A stretch of 64,000 bases of DNA from Tubiluchus corallicola (Eukaryota; Animalia; Priapulida), in NCBI GenBank assembly GCA_030141605.1, contig JAQGDQ010000457.1:1-64000 (forward strand), read 5' to 3'. Positions 23,981 through 39,000 of the stretch are shown piece by piece. The notes beneath the pieces were generated by a model that was given only the letters and a program-made list of their open reading frames with translations, was not told the origin of the DNA and ran no database searches. The translations under genes and the position numbers were made by a program. How positions within the stretch are numbered: the stretch's first letter is position 1; each line of letters opens with the position of its first letter.

Positions 23981-26900
23981 TGATGTCTTCAGCTTTTTAG
24001 AGGATCAAGACGAATTAAAATTATATTTGTCTAAAGTGCAAGAAACTACGAAACACTAAAAAACTCAAAATATTGTCTTGAATATCAGGTTATGTAACTA
24101 ATGCGAATAAAACAAGAAGTGATCATTGAAATGACTCAATGGCACCACTATGCAATACTACAAGTTCGTAAGCGTATTCGCGCTACGCTTATATAGCTAG
24201 GCTAGCTTTAGCCACGTGCCGAGGGCAATAACTATTTGTGTTGCGCTCTGCGAAGTGACGTGGCATCCACCATATGACCATTGCGCTATTTATAGAAACG
24301 ACTCAACCGGATCTTCATTGACAGTGCATGCATGAAGTGCATATCAAATGTAACTATATCGATATACAAAGCTAATTTATAATTAATGAGCTTCTAAGTG
24401 AACCGCATTTACTGAGAGTGGCATGCACCGCACACCGCGCTAGAGACCGTTCATCTTTCCAGTTTTAAATGTTCTGTAAACGCCCAAACTTTTGAAACAA
24501 ACACGTTGGCCAGACAGAGTTGTTATTGTTTCATAACTAAGTTTTATCTCTAAAACCTCCCAAGCCTGATCGTGCTGTAGACTGAGAAATATTTTTTTTA
24601 TTAAGTTGAAAGAAAAGCAATGCTTTTGCTTCTACATAAATTCTGTGACCATGTAGCCTGCCAGTATAACCCTTTGTCACAATGTCTTGTAAGCTTGAAA
24701 AGTTGCTAATAAGCATTAAAATAACATTTAATTCAATGTTTTTCAAAAATTTCTTGTCGCTCCAATATGCATGGTAACGAATACAAAATGTAGACGTTTC
24801 TATAATAACTTCACAGAGCAAAGTTAAATAGGCAACGACCAGAACAACAGGAAGAGAGAGAGAAAGAGAGAGAGAGAGCGAGAGAAAGAGAGAGAGAGAG
24901 GAGAGAAAGAATAAAAGAGCGAGGGAATGAAAATAATACAGAAAAAATACGTCATTGACCGAAATGAGCCTGTAAGTGTAGCGAGTAGCGATATAAAAGT
25001 TAAGAAGATCAAAGCTCGTCGGGTCAAGGGTCATAGCTCAGCTTATACAGCAGCTAGAATTTTCCAGAAGACTAGAATATAGTGGAACGATACTTTGTCA
25101 CAGGAAAACTTTCCATGACAACGGTATATAGTGCTTTACACGACGTATCCTGGCAGTAGGGCAGAAGAAAACGAAATAAGCAAGTAACCCAATGCTTCTC
25201 ATTCCTAATTTATTCTCCTGACTATAAGGTATGACGTGCATCGTATAGCTTTCTCGTTTTTAACAAACTAGTGACTTTATAGGGACTGTCTGCCAGAGCT
25301 ACTGTTAAAGTTATACAAGCGTTAACATGTTGGACCGTAAGAGGTGATGGTTTCATATGCGTTGCTCACAAAGTTTTTGACTTATAATAATTGTTCCATT
25401 GTTTCATAAGAAAATTCATCTTCCTTCTGGCCCATGCACGGCTTTTGCAACTACCAATTCAACTTTATTACAGCCTGCACTGCCAAATGAAGTGCAGTAA
25501 ATAATAATACAATATATAATACAATGTATATATGATTCCAGGCTGCAGCTCCGACAACGGCACCATTATATGTATATGTATCTGTATACATACATGCATA
25601 CGTATATGCATACGTATACCTACATATGTATGTATATGTGATTCGAGGCTACAGCTCCGACAATGGCACCATTTTCAGTGACCTATAAATCAAACGAAAT
25701 GTCGCAATCTAGTGGCTATAATAATTTACAAAACTAATACAGTGCACTTTCCGGGCAGTTACTTTTTTATTTATTTAAAATGTAAGTTCATCTCGCCCAA
25801 TCCCTACTTTTTAGTAGCCCTACGTTATTACAGTAGTTATTACTACTTGAATGCTATATCGAAGTTGATACTCGGATGATTGACTTGTCTTATACCTTGG
25901 AGGTTATGCTCTAAAAAGTCTTAGTCGTATAGCACACATGCAGTGTTACTTAACAAACAAACCAGGACAGACCTGGCACATTTTGGACAGTACAATTTAA
26001 TATCGTTATACGCTATTACAAATCACAATTCTAAAAGAAATCTAAACTAATTGTAATAAGTTTGTTGGGCGTTATCCTTCATAAAGCAAGTAATATTTTA
26101 AAGGCGTTTTAAGTCAATCAATAATTATTAAATGATTATAATTACATAGAGGGCCAGCAGGCTGAGTACAGGTTGCCAAGTAATCCGTAGAACATTTCTG
26201 AGGAAGAGTGTTATGAGTCTTATGACTATGAGTTGGATGCGTCAGTCGTAAGTAAAGACGAAATCATCTGCTGTTGACGGAAAATATTATCACTTAGTTT
26301 GGACTGGAGGGTAATGGTAAAATAAAAAAAGCCTTTGGTAAAATTAAAGGAAGGCAGTGTTTTACTGTTGTGTAAATGTAATGAAGTGTACTATCCGGTA
26401 ATATGAAATGTCTGGTATGCTAATTTGTTTGTTTTGAAATGTGGTTCTGTTCTTAGGTTCTACCTCGTTACTGTTACTAATTTAATTGTTCATTGTCTAT
26501 CTAAATACAGTAATGCCAGGATGAGCCGGCATTAAGCCAAAGTCTAAGAGATGACACTATTTGCCATGTCATATCAGTGCGGGAAAAACTTAGCCCAATT
26601 GTCGTATCAAACATATTTCACTGCATACTAGTAATATCAAGTAAACTGATGTAAAATTAAGCATAACAGAGATGATAAGGATTTAAATTGTTTTATTTCG
26701 TATACGTGGGAAAAACATAGAATACAACAAAATTCAAAATTTAAAACTGCCAAAGTGTGAGGGTAACATATGATCATTATGCCAAATATGAGAAAGAAGT
26801 TGTTATTGTATTATAAATATAAATTGAGACCGCTTGCTCACAAAGCCTAAGAGACTTAACCATAAGATGGTCTCTCTTCAATCAGCGAAATTGAGACAAT

Positions 26901-27485
26901 GTCGATGCTTCAATGGTTTCATTATTAAGTGAATTCCATGGGCCCACAACATGGTAAGAGAAGAAGTGGGCTTAAAACCATTTGTACCAGCCAACATTTG
27001 TCTTTGTGTGCTAAAAATGTATTAGGCTTCCTAACTTTATTTTTGAGTATGCAATTCTAGAGAATTGTAGTAAAATTTTTTCAAAGATGCATTTTTAAAT
27101 GCTTGGTTTGCGGATCATTTGTGGTGTTGGATTTTTTATTGCAGTCCAATAGCCTGTAGGATGTTTATTAAAAATGTGGTAGAGGCAAGATTTCTAAAGG
27201 TTCGCGAAAACAAATATGCAGATATTTAAGTAATTTTAACCGGACTGGTTGTATGAACTAAATTGAAAATTTTCAAAGTGTATTGCTTGTAGCCTAGGCA
27301 GACCCTAATTGTGCGGTTAATTTGATTATCCAACTAAATTCCCACTTTAATGTTCTATAACTACCAGACCGTCCCTCACTATTGGCATTAAGCATACATG
27401 CATGACACAGCTATTCCCCCAGCCTAAAGTTATATTTACTAATATCATGCTTTAACAGGGAACAGTTTAATTAAATCTGTTTAAA

Positions 27486-30003
27486 ATGGATATCGATGCT
27501 ACGCAAGTTCTCTCTGATAATGTAATAGAAGAAGACGAAGAAGGGGCAGGGAACAATGTTACTGAAGGATCTGTGGTGAGTTAAGGTTTATAATAATTTT
27601 TTCTTGATGTTTGTGGATTTTTCGGTTAGACATGTATTCACATGTTCCAAGCTGCTGCATTAGGGTCTAGATAGTAAAATTAGAACATTTCTAACTGCAT
27701 ACGTATGCTTGCTCATGTGTTTGCATAACTTTGTTACTGATGTAATTTACTGTATTACCTTGATTGTAGTGCGAATACAGTGTTCCTTCACTTATCGCGG
27801 GTGTTCCGTTCCAGGCCCACCCACAATAAGTGAATTTCCGCGAAGCAGGGATGCTATACTTATTTAATACTTGCACGTTTGGGTGGCATTGTAGGGCTTG
27901 AATAAATTCAGTCTCTAACGGAAATTTCACAAATAGTGTACAAGAAAACAAATTGCACGGTAACTGAGCCAATCAGCGACCGGGATACAGAGCAGCATTC
28001 TCTGGTTGGTCGCTTTCCATCAATCAACCAATCGTGTGTTGCGCACAATCTCACGTTGGCAAGTAGCATCTCAAGTGGGCGCAAGTACTACATTTCGTTT
28101 TTCGTATGTATTCATCTGCCGAATGAATACACTATTTACTGTAAATGGTAATTTTTGATGATTTATAATATTCTTTGAACACCCGCGAAACAGTGAGTCC
28201 GCGATAAACGAACCGCGAAGTGGCGAGGGAACACTGTATCACCTTTTGAGTTTTGACCTATAGTCTACCATTCTATTATGTCACCTATAATAATTATCAA
28301 AATGTTTCCTATAAGTTACCTATCTTAACTTGGAAGTTTAAGTAAAGCATCCCACAAGTGCAAGCAGTGCTTTCATAACAATTGGATGCAATTTTCTAAC
28401 TCCGGGATTCGCAGCAGGAATCTTCCTTGTGCATTTTGCATATGTTTGCAATAATGTGGCAGTGAAACGCAACAATTCAGCAAGTTCACAATGTTATGTT
28501 TCGAGTTCATTGCTGAGCTAATGACTTCAAGAGACCTCACTGACATGTCTGTGTCTTCCAGTTGCCCATAATTCTGCTAATCCAATACTTAACATGTTTG
28601 CAAAAAGCAGGTGCTTTTGTCTATCTAAGTATATATGAGCACAAGCTTACAGTGATGAAAAACTAATGAAATTAGGCTTTTGAGGGAATAATTCTTAAGA
28701 GGAAAAGTCAAGTGTCCAACAGCCTTTAGTGTATTTTATTGTTCATTTAAAAATATTGACATTAGTATGCTGTACATATCCATAAAATATCTTATTTAAA
28801 AATACAAAACAAGTTTATATAGCCTAGTCAGTTTTACCTCCTGTTAAACTAGTTGAGCCGTAGACATATTTTTATAACTATGATGTGTGTGGCCAGCAAG
28901 GAAAACAAATGATGCAAAATTAAATAGAAGAGTCGAATAAGTACTGAGGGTCAGTTTTATTCGTTCCCGAAACTGCACATAAATAAATTGTTTGATTTGT
29001 TTCTCATAATTTTGTCGGAGCTTCATGATTTTCAAGTTTTTATATGGATTTAAGTTGTTCTGGTAATTCGTTGATAATTTAAGAGCACATTACTTATGAC
29101 TCTTTTAGGTAGCACAACTTCATGTTTTACAACATAAGTCATGTGATGAAATGATACTTGATCTACATGAAGGTAAATACAACTATTTTCTTTTAACCTG
29201 ATAAAATCTGCATAGTCATTAGGGGTGAGCATCGAACGTTTGAGTTCGAACGAGTTTTTTTAGTTCGAACTCGATTCGAATCCAAAACTATAGATTCGAA
29301 TAATTCAGAACTTCAGTCACATAATTGAAACATCATGCAATTAGCATAATTTAGCTGTGATTTCTGCGAACAATTTTAAAGAAATTGCTAGTCGTTTTGT
29401 TGCAGAACAAAATCTAGTGATACACATGATTTTTGTAAGACTAATTTTTACTGGTGGTTCGAAAACTTGTTCGAAAATCGTCCAATCTCAATTAGAATTC
29501 GGTTCGAATTCGAAACACTGAAGTTCGGTTCGATTCGAATTCGAAAGTCAAAAATTCGGTTCGATTCGAATTCGCTTTCTGGTAGAGAATGCTCACCCCT
29601 AATAGTCATACATACTATATAAATTGACATGTAAATTAAATATCCCAATTTGGCGAGTGTGTTCAGTATCAGTATTTTTGTTAAATGTTTGAATTTCATT
29701 TAAACAGGCGAATACGTTCATAGTTGGTTTCACCTAGACTAAAATAAGTATATCTTTCTATATTCTTGTATATTTGGGGGAAATGTAAACTTTCTGAAGT
29801 AGCTGGTATTGTGGAAAATCTTTGTAAGTCAGTGTAACATATCTGCATATGTTGTTGCAAATTACGCTTTTGAGGGAATAATTCTTAAGAGGAAAAGTCA
29901 AGTGTCCAACAGCCTTTAGTGCATTTTAATATTCACTTAAAAATATTGAGATTACTGTGCTATACACATCCTAGTATATATATTATACTATACACATATA
30001 GTA

Positions 30004-30041
<38 letters not shown>

Positions 30042-33000
30042 GTGCTGTAACAGAACAGATAGATGTAATGCCTGATTGAGAATTTCAGTAACTCATTACA
30101 CTTAAGCGAGGAAACTAGTGAAAACTTTAAGAATTTTCATTGCTTTATTTAATTTAGGGAAAAACATCATCGGGCGAACAGCTGATCGGTGCGACGTGCC
30201 AATACCGGTCAAGTCTCTGTCCAAACAGCATGCTTACATAGAAATCCATGGCGATTCGGCATGGGTATTGGACATGGGTAGTAGAAATAGAAGCAAGAAG
30301 GGCAAGGTATGTAATTAAGTCAAAGTGGGTGAGTACATCCATCTGTTTCTCAGCAGTAGAGGTAGATTTTTAGATACAAGTGGTATGACTTCGAATAACA
30401 TGATTATGCTAATTTTTTACGACGTAAAAACTGTAAACTAGTCAGGTAGTTAGTTAGTTTATAATTTAGAGTTACGGCCTAGTGAAAATTTTACTCTTCA
30501 TTCTTCAAGCTTTGTGTATAAGTAAAATGTAAATTTAAAATTGAATAAATACTATTAGTTGCAACATAATATCAAAGTGTGCCTCCATATACATATTTCA
30601 CATATATATATATTCTCCCTTCAGCTATACGGATCATAAATTCTGTATTTTGTGCTTTGGCATGTATCTATAGCCAAAATACAGCATGTACAGTCAGTAT
30701 GAATAAACATGTGCCAAAAATATAAATATAAGTTGTTGTTGGCATCCTTCTGTCTCGGAAGACAATGGAATGTACGCCAAGAGAGTCCGATCCTTGAGCT
30801 CTCCAGGGCTCACACCTGGGCAAGGTGTATGGAGATCCTGAGTTGCTCAGACAACAGGAACCCCCTCTCTTCCTCGCTGGTGTAGGCCAAAGGAAAGCAG
30901 AGCGATACGTTTGGCACCAGATTGACTGCAGGAGCAGCCGGAGTCAGTGAGCATGCTGCACTGGTCCGCCTTCGGGGCTCCACTCCTGATTTGGAAGGTT
31001 TACTCCTCTACACATGGCCGTTGGGTCACTTGACCTCCTCCGCCCTCTAGCCGTTGGCTGCTTGTACAGCTCCTTCGCCTAGTGTCGAGATACAGTGTGG
31101 GCATCCCGCAAGCCTACAGCCACTAGTATTCCTAGGCGGTCACCCAGCCAAGTACTAACCAGGCTCTACGTTGCTTAACTTCGGTGATCAGACGAGAACT
31201 GGTGTTTTCAACATGATATGGCCGTTAAATAAAAGTTATTAATTAAAAATTGTGGGTTGTTGTATTTGCAAAAGGTGAGTATTGTCTGTATTACAAGAGA
31301 TGTATGGGTTGATTTCAGCATCATATTGAGCCAAATGTGAAGTACGGCATTGATGACGGAGACATTCTGACATTCGCTGATGTGCATTGCCAGTTTAACC
31401 TTCTACATGCAAAGGTTTGTTAGTTTATGGATTAATAAATTACAAGTTAAAGTTGTTTTGTTTTTGCTGAATCTGCCTATTAATCCCCTTTGAACTGCTA
31501 TAAATTTTGTTGAACATATTTGTTAAAGCAATACTGAGCATCAAATTTTTGGTTTTTATAAAATTTCTCAAAAAAAAAAATCAAAGGGCTAGGGAGCTTT
31601 ACTTCTAAACACTGTATCTTAATGATCTTCTAAACAATTCTTCAATGGTCAACCACGCACTTACTATTCGAAATTGATAATGCTCAGTCTTTTGGAAGCC
31701 TATATGAGTTGCACGACTAGTACTATCCCTGACTCGATTTTAGCTGTGTTAAATAAAATGTTGACGGTTTTTTTTTTGCATAAAAAATATTCATATTTGC
31801 GTCCATTTTAAAATCTCAGTGCTTCTCTTTCAGGAGGAAGCTGAAAAAGTGGCAGAGGATGTTTCGGAGGCGGGTTCAGAATCTATGATTGCGGCAACTC
31901 AACCAGGAGCAGCTGGTGACATGGAAGCAATAGAGAAGCAGACTGTGATGTCTGATGGTGTTGATTCAGAACCTAGTTCTGACTTATTGCAGCAGCCTAC
32001 ACAGGTATGTTGCTTTGTTCACGGTTTCTAGCAGGATAAAATTTAAAATATTCTTGTCATTGAATTAAGATTACTGTTGTTATAAAAGACAAATATTATT
32101 GTATATTTGTGGTTGTTGGAGATGTGAAAATGGAAAGAAAGTAAAGAACTTTTAGGACGTGGTTTCTCGCATTACTTCCTATTGTTTTTAGAAAACTGTT
32201 AACAGAAATATGGTTATGTGCCGTCTAAAAGATTGACAGTTTTTGTTAGAACTTAGTTCAGTTTCTAATAGGGTACATTTGGATAAAACGGAGCACTTAA
32301 CTTTTTGTGTGACACTATAACTCGGTCAGACTTAGATTGATGTCAAAGATTGGAAGTTTTGCTTAGAACAACTTTGTCTTTTAGCATTCCAATTGCCTGA
32401 TTGTCTCTGTAAAGTGTGCTAATAACAACGCCACTGTCATTAGTCTAACATGGAAATGAATTTTACAACTTAATGCTAGAAAGACCAAGCCCCTCATTTG
32501 ACAGGTCTAACTATAGCAGGGGTGTGCAAATTTTCTGACTAGCCGGGCCATTAAACTTTCCCGCAATTCCTGCGGATCAAGGAGCCAAGTACAGAAAGGC
32601 CTAATAACGATTTTTTCACATCCGACCTGCGTACATCACTACTACTACACTCAAGAAACTATTTTAGAAGTTATTAAAATTTATATTACAAACCATATAT
32701 TTCTACTTTCAGGACAGATAGACATGGTAATTTCATTGCAATGCATATTAGTAATGTTTATCACACAGTCTGTGTAGTACAGTGTTATTAAGCTACAACC
32801 ATCTTGTAAGGGTTAATGGCATCCGATCTAGTAGAAAAAACTACCCGCACTATCTTTGGGATTGTGGCACGGACTTCAGCTGGATACACTCAATATCGCC
32901 CGGGCCGCACTTTCATTAGGTTGCCAAATCTCTTCGCGGGCCGCACAAACTCTCTCGGCGGGCCGCAATTTGCACACCCCTGAACTATAGTGTCTACATA

Positions 33001-36000
33001 TTCCTGAAAACCACACATCCGTGAAACTTCATATTTCGTGATTTTACCTAAAGAAGCACTTCATAGTCAAAACTGTATGCAGCTACATGTTGTCTCAATT
33101 AACTACTTTTGTCCTTTTAGCTAAATTAAATATCTAGTCTCTTCTGTGTTTTGTCTGTTTACTATAAAGAATGTTACTGTTATTGTTACTTATGTTCTAA
33201 GGCTGTTACAAGATTTGCGGTTCCTCGTGAGGAGTCTACACCCACCCAAAAACCAGGTCCTACCATCTCTGTGGTAGAGGAGACCCCATTTCCGTTGCGT
33301 AAAGACAACACGAATCAGCAAGGTACTGATGAAAATTCTCTCCATGCAGTGTCCGCAGAGAAGCAATGTAGTGTTGAAGGTACGCTGTTTGCTAATTTAA
33401 TTAGATCAGTGGTCTTCAACCTTTTTTAATGTCGTCCACCCCTAGTGGTGATTAAATATTTCAAATCTGTGTTTAATCCCCCACCCCCCGAAAAAGTCTC
33501 ATTAAAAATTTCACGTTTTTAATATTTCAAATCTATGTTTAATATCTCATTTCTGTGACTATGTAAACAGAAAAAAGCAGTTTCTCTTATTTTTTATTTA
33601 ATTTTTACATATTCATCCATATATTTACGCACCTCATCTCAAGAGGCTCAAAATACACAAAGATAACATTAAGCGTGCCATTTAGACGCATTTTCCGTCA
33701 CTAAAATAAAATTGCAGACAATGTTTGCAATATTTTGTACGGTACCAATAAATAAAACAAATAGTTATCCTTTAAAAAAATCAGTGGCTTGGCTGCTGTT
33801 GCACTTGTCTGCTATTAGGTTGAATCCGAGGTTTCACACGATTTTCAAGTGCAGCTCCTCGCATGAGAGGAGCATGGTAATGATTAGATATCAAGAACTA
33901 TCCTAATTACTAAGGAAAGACGTTATCAACTGGTTTACGTAATTGTGACATTAGTCGTGGTATAGATTTTGAAATTTGCTCATTAATGACTGTATTTAAG
34001 TGCACATGTGTTTTACATCCCAGCAGCATATTGAAGTAATTTTCAGTGAACCACAAAAGTTTTTATATAACCTTTTTCATTTTGTTATATTGTATAATAA
34101 TCAATAATAATAATAATCTTTTTTATTTATGTTGCCACTCACGCACAGTTATAATACAATTAATTTGGAAAAATGTGAAGAAAGGGCAGCGAAAGCCCAA
34201 TTGGTCATCTAGTCAGCTGCCTTTTCGTTGGTGATGAACATTTTTTATAGGCGCTGTGCTACAGTGTATTAGTGTTAGTACTGTATTAGAGTTAGCACTG
34301 CTTGTAATAAAGATTTAATTGCTACGAATGACATTAAATCGATATGCTTATAACATGTTAATACAATTCATACACAGTAATAATAAGTGCATAACAAAAA
34401 AAATCAAACAAGAACTGAAAATAAAAATCTAGCAATGTAAACATAAGAACAATGGCAACTGAAATATACTTCATAACACAAGCATAATTCTTAGTCAAAA
34501 AAAATAAATTATCTTGTAAATAATAGAACTGAGAATCACGTTTATCTATATATTGGTATATTGAAGTATATTAAATTGTGTGTTAAATTTCATGCACAGG
34601 CATACAGAAGTTATAATTTACATAACAAAATATACAAACAAACAAAAATGTTTACAAACAAAAAACAAAACAAAACTTTTATATTGTTAGATGTTACTGT
34701 ATCACAAGCAGCTCACAATTATAAGTTTCTAAGTTTTCAAAAAATTATGCCATGGTAAAGTTGTCTAGAGTAACGTTTGCTTTCAGATACACCTGACAAC
34801 GTTGCATCAACTTCCGTCTTCAATCAGCCTACTCAAATGTTGGTCGGCGCTCCTAAATTTTCCGATGATGAAGACGACGATCAAGCAGATGAAGATGACA
34901 CTCTGAGAGCATCAGTATGTTTTAGATGGATTCCATTTTTAATCATGTAGCCGTCATTAAAAATGCAATTGCTGTATTTCAGACATTCTGTTGTTTATAC
35001 AGGAGTATTTCCCATGACAATGCTTAGATAGTTTTGTATAGTCCAGTGGTTCCCATAGTAGCGGTAAATTACCCCCTGGGGGTAATACGTTTTTTTGGGG
35101 AGGTAACGGGCACCCCTCTGAAAATTTTTAAAACTTCGCTCGGAATGCATTTTACGTTGTTTTCTCCTTGAAGAGACTGCCTACAACAACAACACCTGGA
35201 AATTTATTTATGTCACGAGCAAACATAAATAATTTTGCTTGCTTGTGGCATATACGTGTGTTTACTTTTTGAGTTGGAGAAGTAGTACTAGGTGGGGGGT
35301 AATGGACACGACCGGGTTTCCCGATTTGGGTAACGGTCCGAGAAAGTTTGGAAACCACTGGACTATAGTCTTAGATGAACTTTTTTACCACTGTCATGTC
35401 GATTTTTGTTTTTCTTCTATTTTTTGCTTTCTCTTTGTACCATTGTAATTTTTTAGTTTTCTTTCATTCTCTCTTCTAATTTCTGTGCTACTCGTGCAAT
35501 GCCACTTTAGTATATGCAGCACATTGCGCATTACAATTTTTTGATCAAGTTACAATTTGTAGAGCTTATTAGTCTTGGACCTGGTGGAATCCCAATAAGT
35601 CTGTCTGAGCTGTCTTATGAATTGAGGACCAATTCCGTAATTTTCAAATGGCCAACAAGTTTAAATGGTGCAAGCGCTGGATTCTTTAAATAAGGGATTT
35701 ATGGTTTTGCTCTACGCATTTGTTGTTTGGAACGTGACAGCACTGCAAAATTTTCAATTTTTCGTTTACGTTAATTCGTTTGTTATTATTTTTAGAAAAC
35801 AAGAATGTTACTAACCCAGACACATTTTGTTGCTCCTATGGGTGACAATGAAGATGATGCCATTTTAAACAGCAAAACTCAAGCACCGATGTCAGATGCT
35901 TTGCAAGCCGAAACGCAAAATTTTTCATCAGACGACACTGACCGGGCCATGCTGAATATGGAAACTCAAGTGCCACCTGAAATTTACTCTAAAGTGCAAC

Positions 36001-39000
36001 ATTACGACACGCCAAGACCTGTAACTAATCTAGCTGACTCTACAATTGACGGCGATTCTGCAGAGAGTGATAAAGATAAAACTTATTCAGAGCAGCCAAC
36101 AATTGTATGCAACATCACCGATTCACAAAGTAAGAAACCAATGAAAATTTTCACTACTCCTACATTATCTTATGATGATAACTCAGGGCAGGAAGATGAG
36201 GATGCTCACATATTCAATCAACCGACTCAGATGTTTGGCGATGATGGTAGGGTGTTGGACAAAAACGATGCAAAATCGTCAGATGATGAAAGAATTTTTG
36301 ACCAGCCAACTATTGATCCTTCTGATGTAATGGAAACTCAAGATGATGTTGACGAAGGCTTACTAGGAGCTGCAACCCAGTTTGTAGCGAAAGGAGATGA
36401 AAGTGAAGAATCGTGGGACCAGCCAACTATTGATCCTTCTGATATGATGGAAACCGAAGATGATGTCGGCGAAGATATGCTGAAAGCTTCAACCCAGTTT
36501 GTGGCCAATGCTGATTCTCCAACAATAAGTGAAGGTTTAGCTGAGAGTGCCGATACCTTGGAGAGTAACGATCGAGAAAAACAAAATATTGTAGAAGGTA
36601 CCAGTTTGATGGTTCCAGATACCCATCTGGTTAAAACATCTTCTAGTGGTTTTATTCTGGAAGAGAAATCGGAGAAAGAGCGTAAAGCTGAGGTTGATAA
36701 AATTGACGATTCAATTGATACCACTTGCGATTCGGATGAACGACTACTTGATGCTGAAAAACTGATGTTGAGTGAAAACGATACGGACGCGAGTCATGTC
36801 AATGAAAATAGCACAATGGAAGATGTGGCGTTGCATTTGAGTGAAGAGAGTTCACAAGACCTTATTGCGGAACTCAAAGAAGACGAAGGTAAGGAAGCAG
36901 AATCGGCTGATAATAAGGATTTGCCTGAATTGCAGGACTTTGCTGATCGTATAGTTTCAGATAAATCTGCACAACAGAAAGTAACTAAACAAGAGCAAAT
37001 TGTAAATGCCGTAAAACTGATAGATTCAATGGAAGATGACGCTGTTAGTGTCGAAGATAAAGGTATGCTTAATGGAAACGAAGTGAGTGAAAATGAATTA
37101 TCCAAGGAAGAAAATATTGATATTCCGACCACATCAGGTGATGTTAAAGGGACTTATCCAGGTTCTGATCCAGAAAACATTAAAACTGCCAAAGAACTTT
37201 CTTCGGAAACTATTCTTAATGCCAGTACGCCAAGCAATAAAGTGGAAACTGCTTCTGCTACATTGGCCCAGAAGCCAGTTGTCTTCAGCAGCGATGATGA
37301 TTTTTCATTTTCTGTGAATGCAGAAACTCGTCAAGCGGCAGCTGATCAATTAGAACTTGGAACACAGAAAAGTGTTGCCTTGACTCGGGAAGACACGGAA
37401 ACATCTGCACTTGAAAATAAAGAAGATAGAGAATTGCTAGATGAAAGATTGCAGAAAAAGGCAAACGAAGACGATGACACTGAAACACAGGCATACAGAC
37501 AGACGCGTGACAAAACGAGCGGAGAAATTGCTGAAAAAGAGGTTAGAGTCTCATCCTTTTAAAGGAAGTTTGTTTAATGTTATTGACTTGCCTCTCATGA
37601 AAGTTCACATTCTGTGTAAAACTAAACAACTTATATCCATATTAAAGAGAATAAATGTTCTAGAAGTTCCCTGCATATTGCATGTTTAGATGGTTTGGCA
37701 GTTTGATAGGGAATGCAAAACATTTTCATCTTATATTTTAATATTATTATACTGTGCTCAATTGACTTTTATATGTGAAACCACTAAATAAATTTACAAT
37801 TCTATCATCCTCTGCTTTTGATGTATTTCTCTAACATGGAGAACGTTCAACCTGTTCTTAATGTTTAGCAGCGTATACTTTATCATTATTTTGTATATTC
37901 AACAGGATATCAGCAAAATCCCAACTGCGACATCGGAAGTACAAGACACTGAGGAAGAAATAAGTCCTACCGATGATTTAGAAACTCAGGCTTATGGTAT
38001 AGAGGATGAGATGGAAATCCAGGCATACAAACAAAGTGGAGAAGATAAGGATACAGCAGCTTCAGATGCTAGTTGTGAGGTAGGTATATAGGAGTCTTTG
38101 TATTAACAATTGCTGTTATATTCTTCTCTGAGTTTTGAGTAGATTGCTCTTAAGAATTTATAACAAGGAAAAAACAGGCAGACTGATTTATTTGTAGCCA
38201 TTTTTTTAACAGTGCTGCAAACATTTGAAAATCTTCTAAACCAACAAAACAAAAAACATTAAATGACTTTTTTAATATAGGTTGTTGAGGATAGCCAGCC
38301 ATCCCAGGATGAAGATATTATTGCACCCATTTTGCCAGGCTTGGACAAAATGATTCATCGTCACGAAGTACAAGCGAGTGCAGTGGTTGGAGGTGAAACC
38401 GTTCCTTCAAAAACTGCGGTGAACATTCAAATTTTTTTAGTTTTTCATATTTAACTATTCATATTCATTTTCATATTTCATAATATATGAAATTTGTAAG
38501 TTTAACTGTTTGAAGATTTTTTCAAGTTTTTTTTTATATTTCTTGTAGAAACTGGATACCACAGCTGGTAAACATAAACTTGATGCACCTGGCAGTGATG
38601 CAGTCGTGGATGAAAGCAGATCTGTTGTTACAAAAGGCAGCATTCGGCAAGCTAGAGGTAGAAGACATAAGAGAGATGATAAATTAAATGCTGATACTGC
38701 AGAAAGTAGTTCACTTAAAAGCAATGTGAAGTCACTTGGAATAGAGGATGGATTAACTGATAATAAAATCGCATCTGTGGCAATTGTTGATTCTAATGAA
38801 AACATTGCAAATGTTGAAGCAGTTACTAAAACCTCGCAGAAAGCTAAAAGGGGAAGGAAGTCAAAAAGAGGTACTCAGGTGAGGAAAACAATTGAAAGCA
38901 GAGAAAAAGAGGTGTCTTCTGGTAGGCAAGTTCCTAACGAAGAGCCTGTTAATTCTGACATGACTACTATAATCTCACCGCGAAGAAGAAGGGGCAGACC

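Noticed and set aside
24789-25102. Possible solo LTR (TGT...ACA ends, TTCTAG motifs)
   Set aside because: No matching TSD and no second copy in the window.
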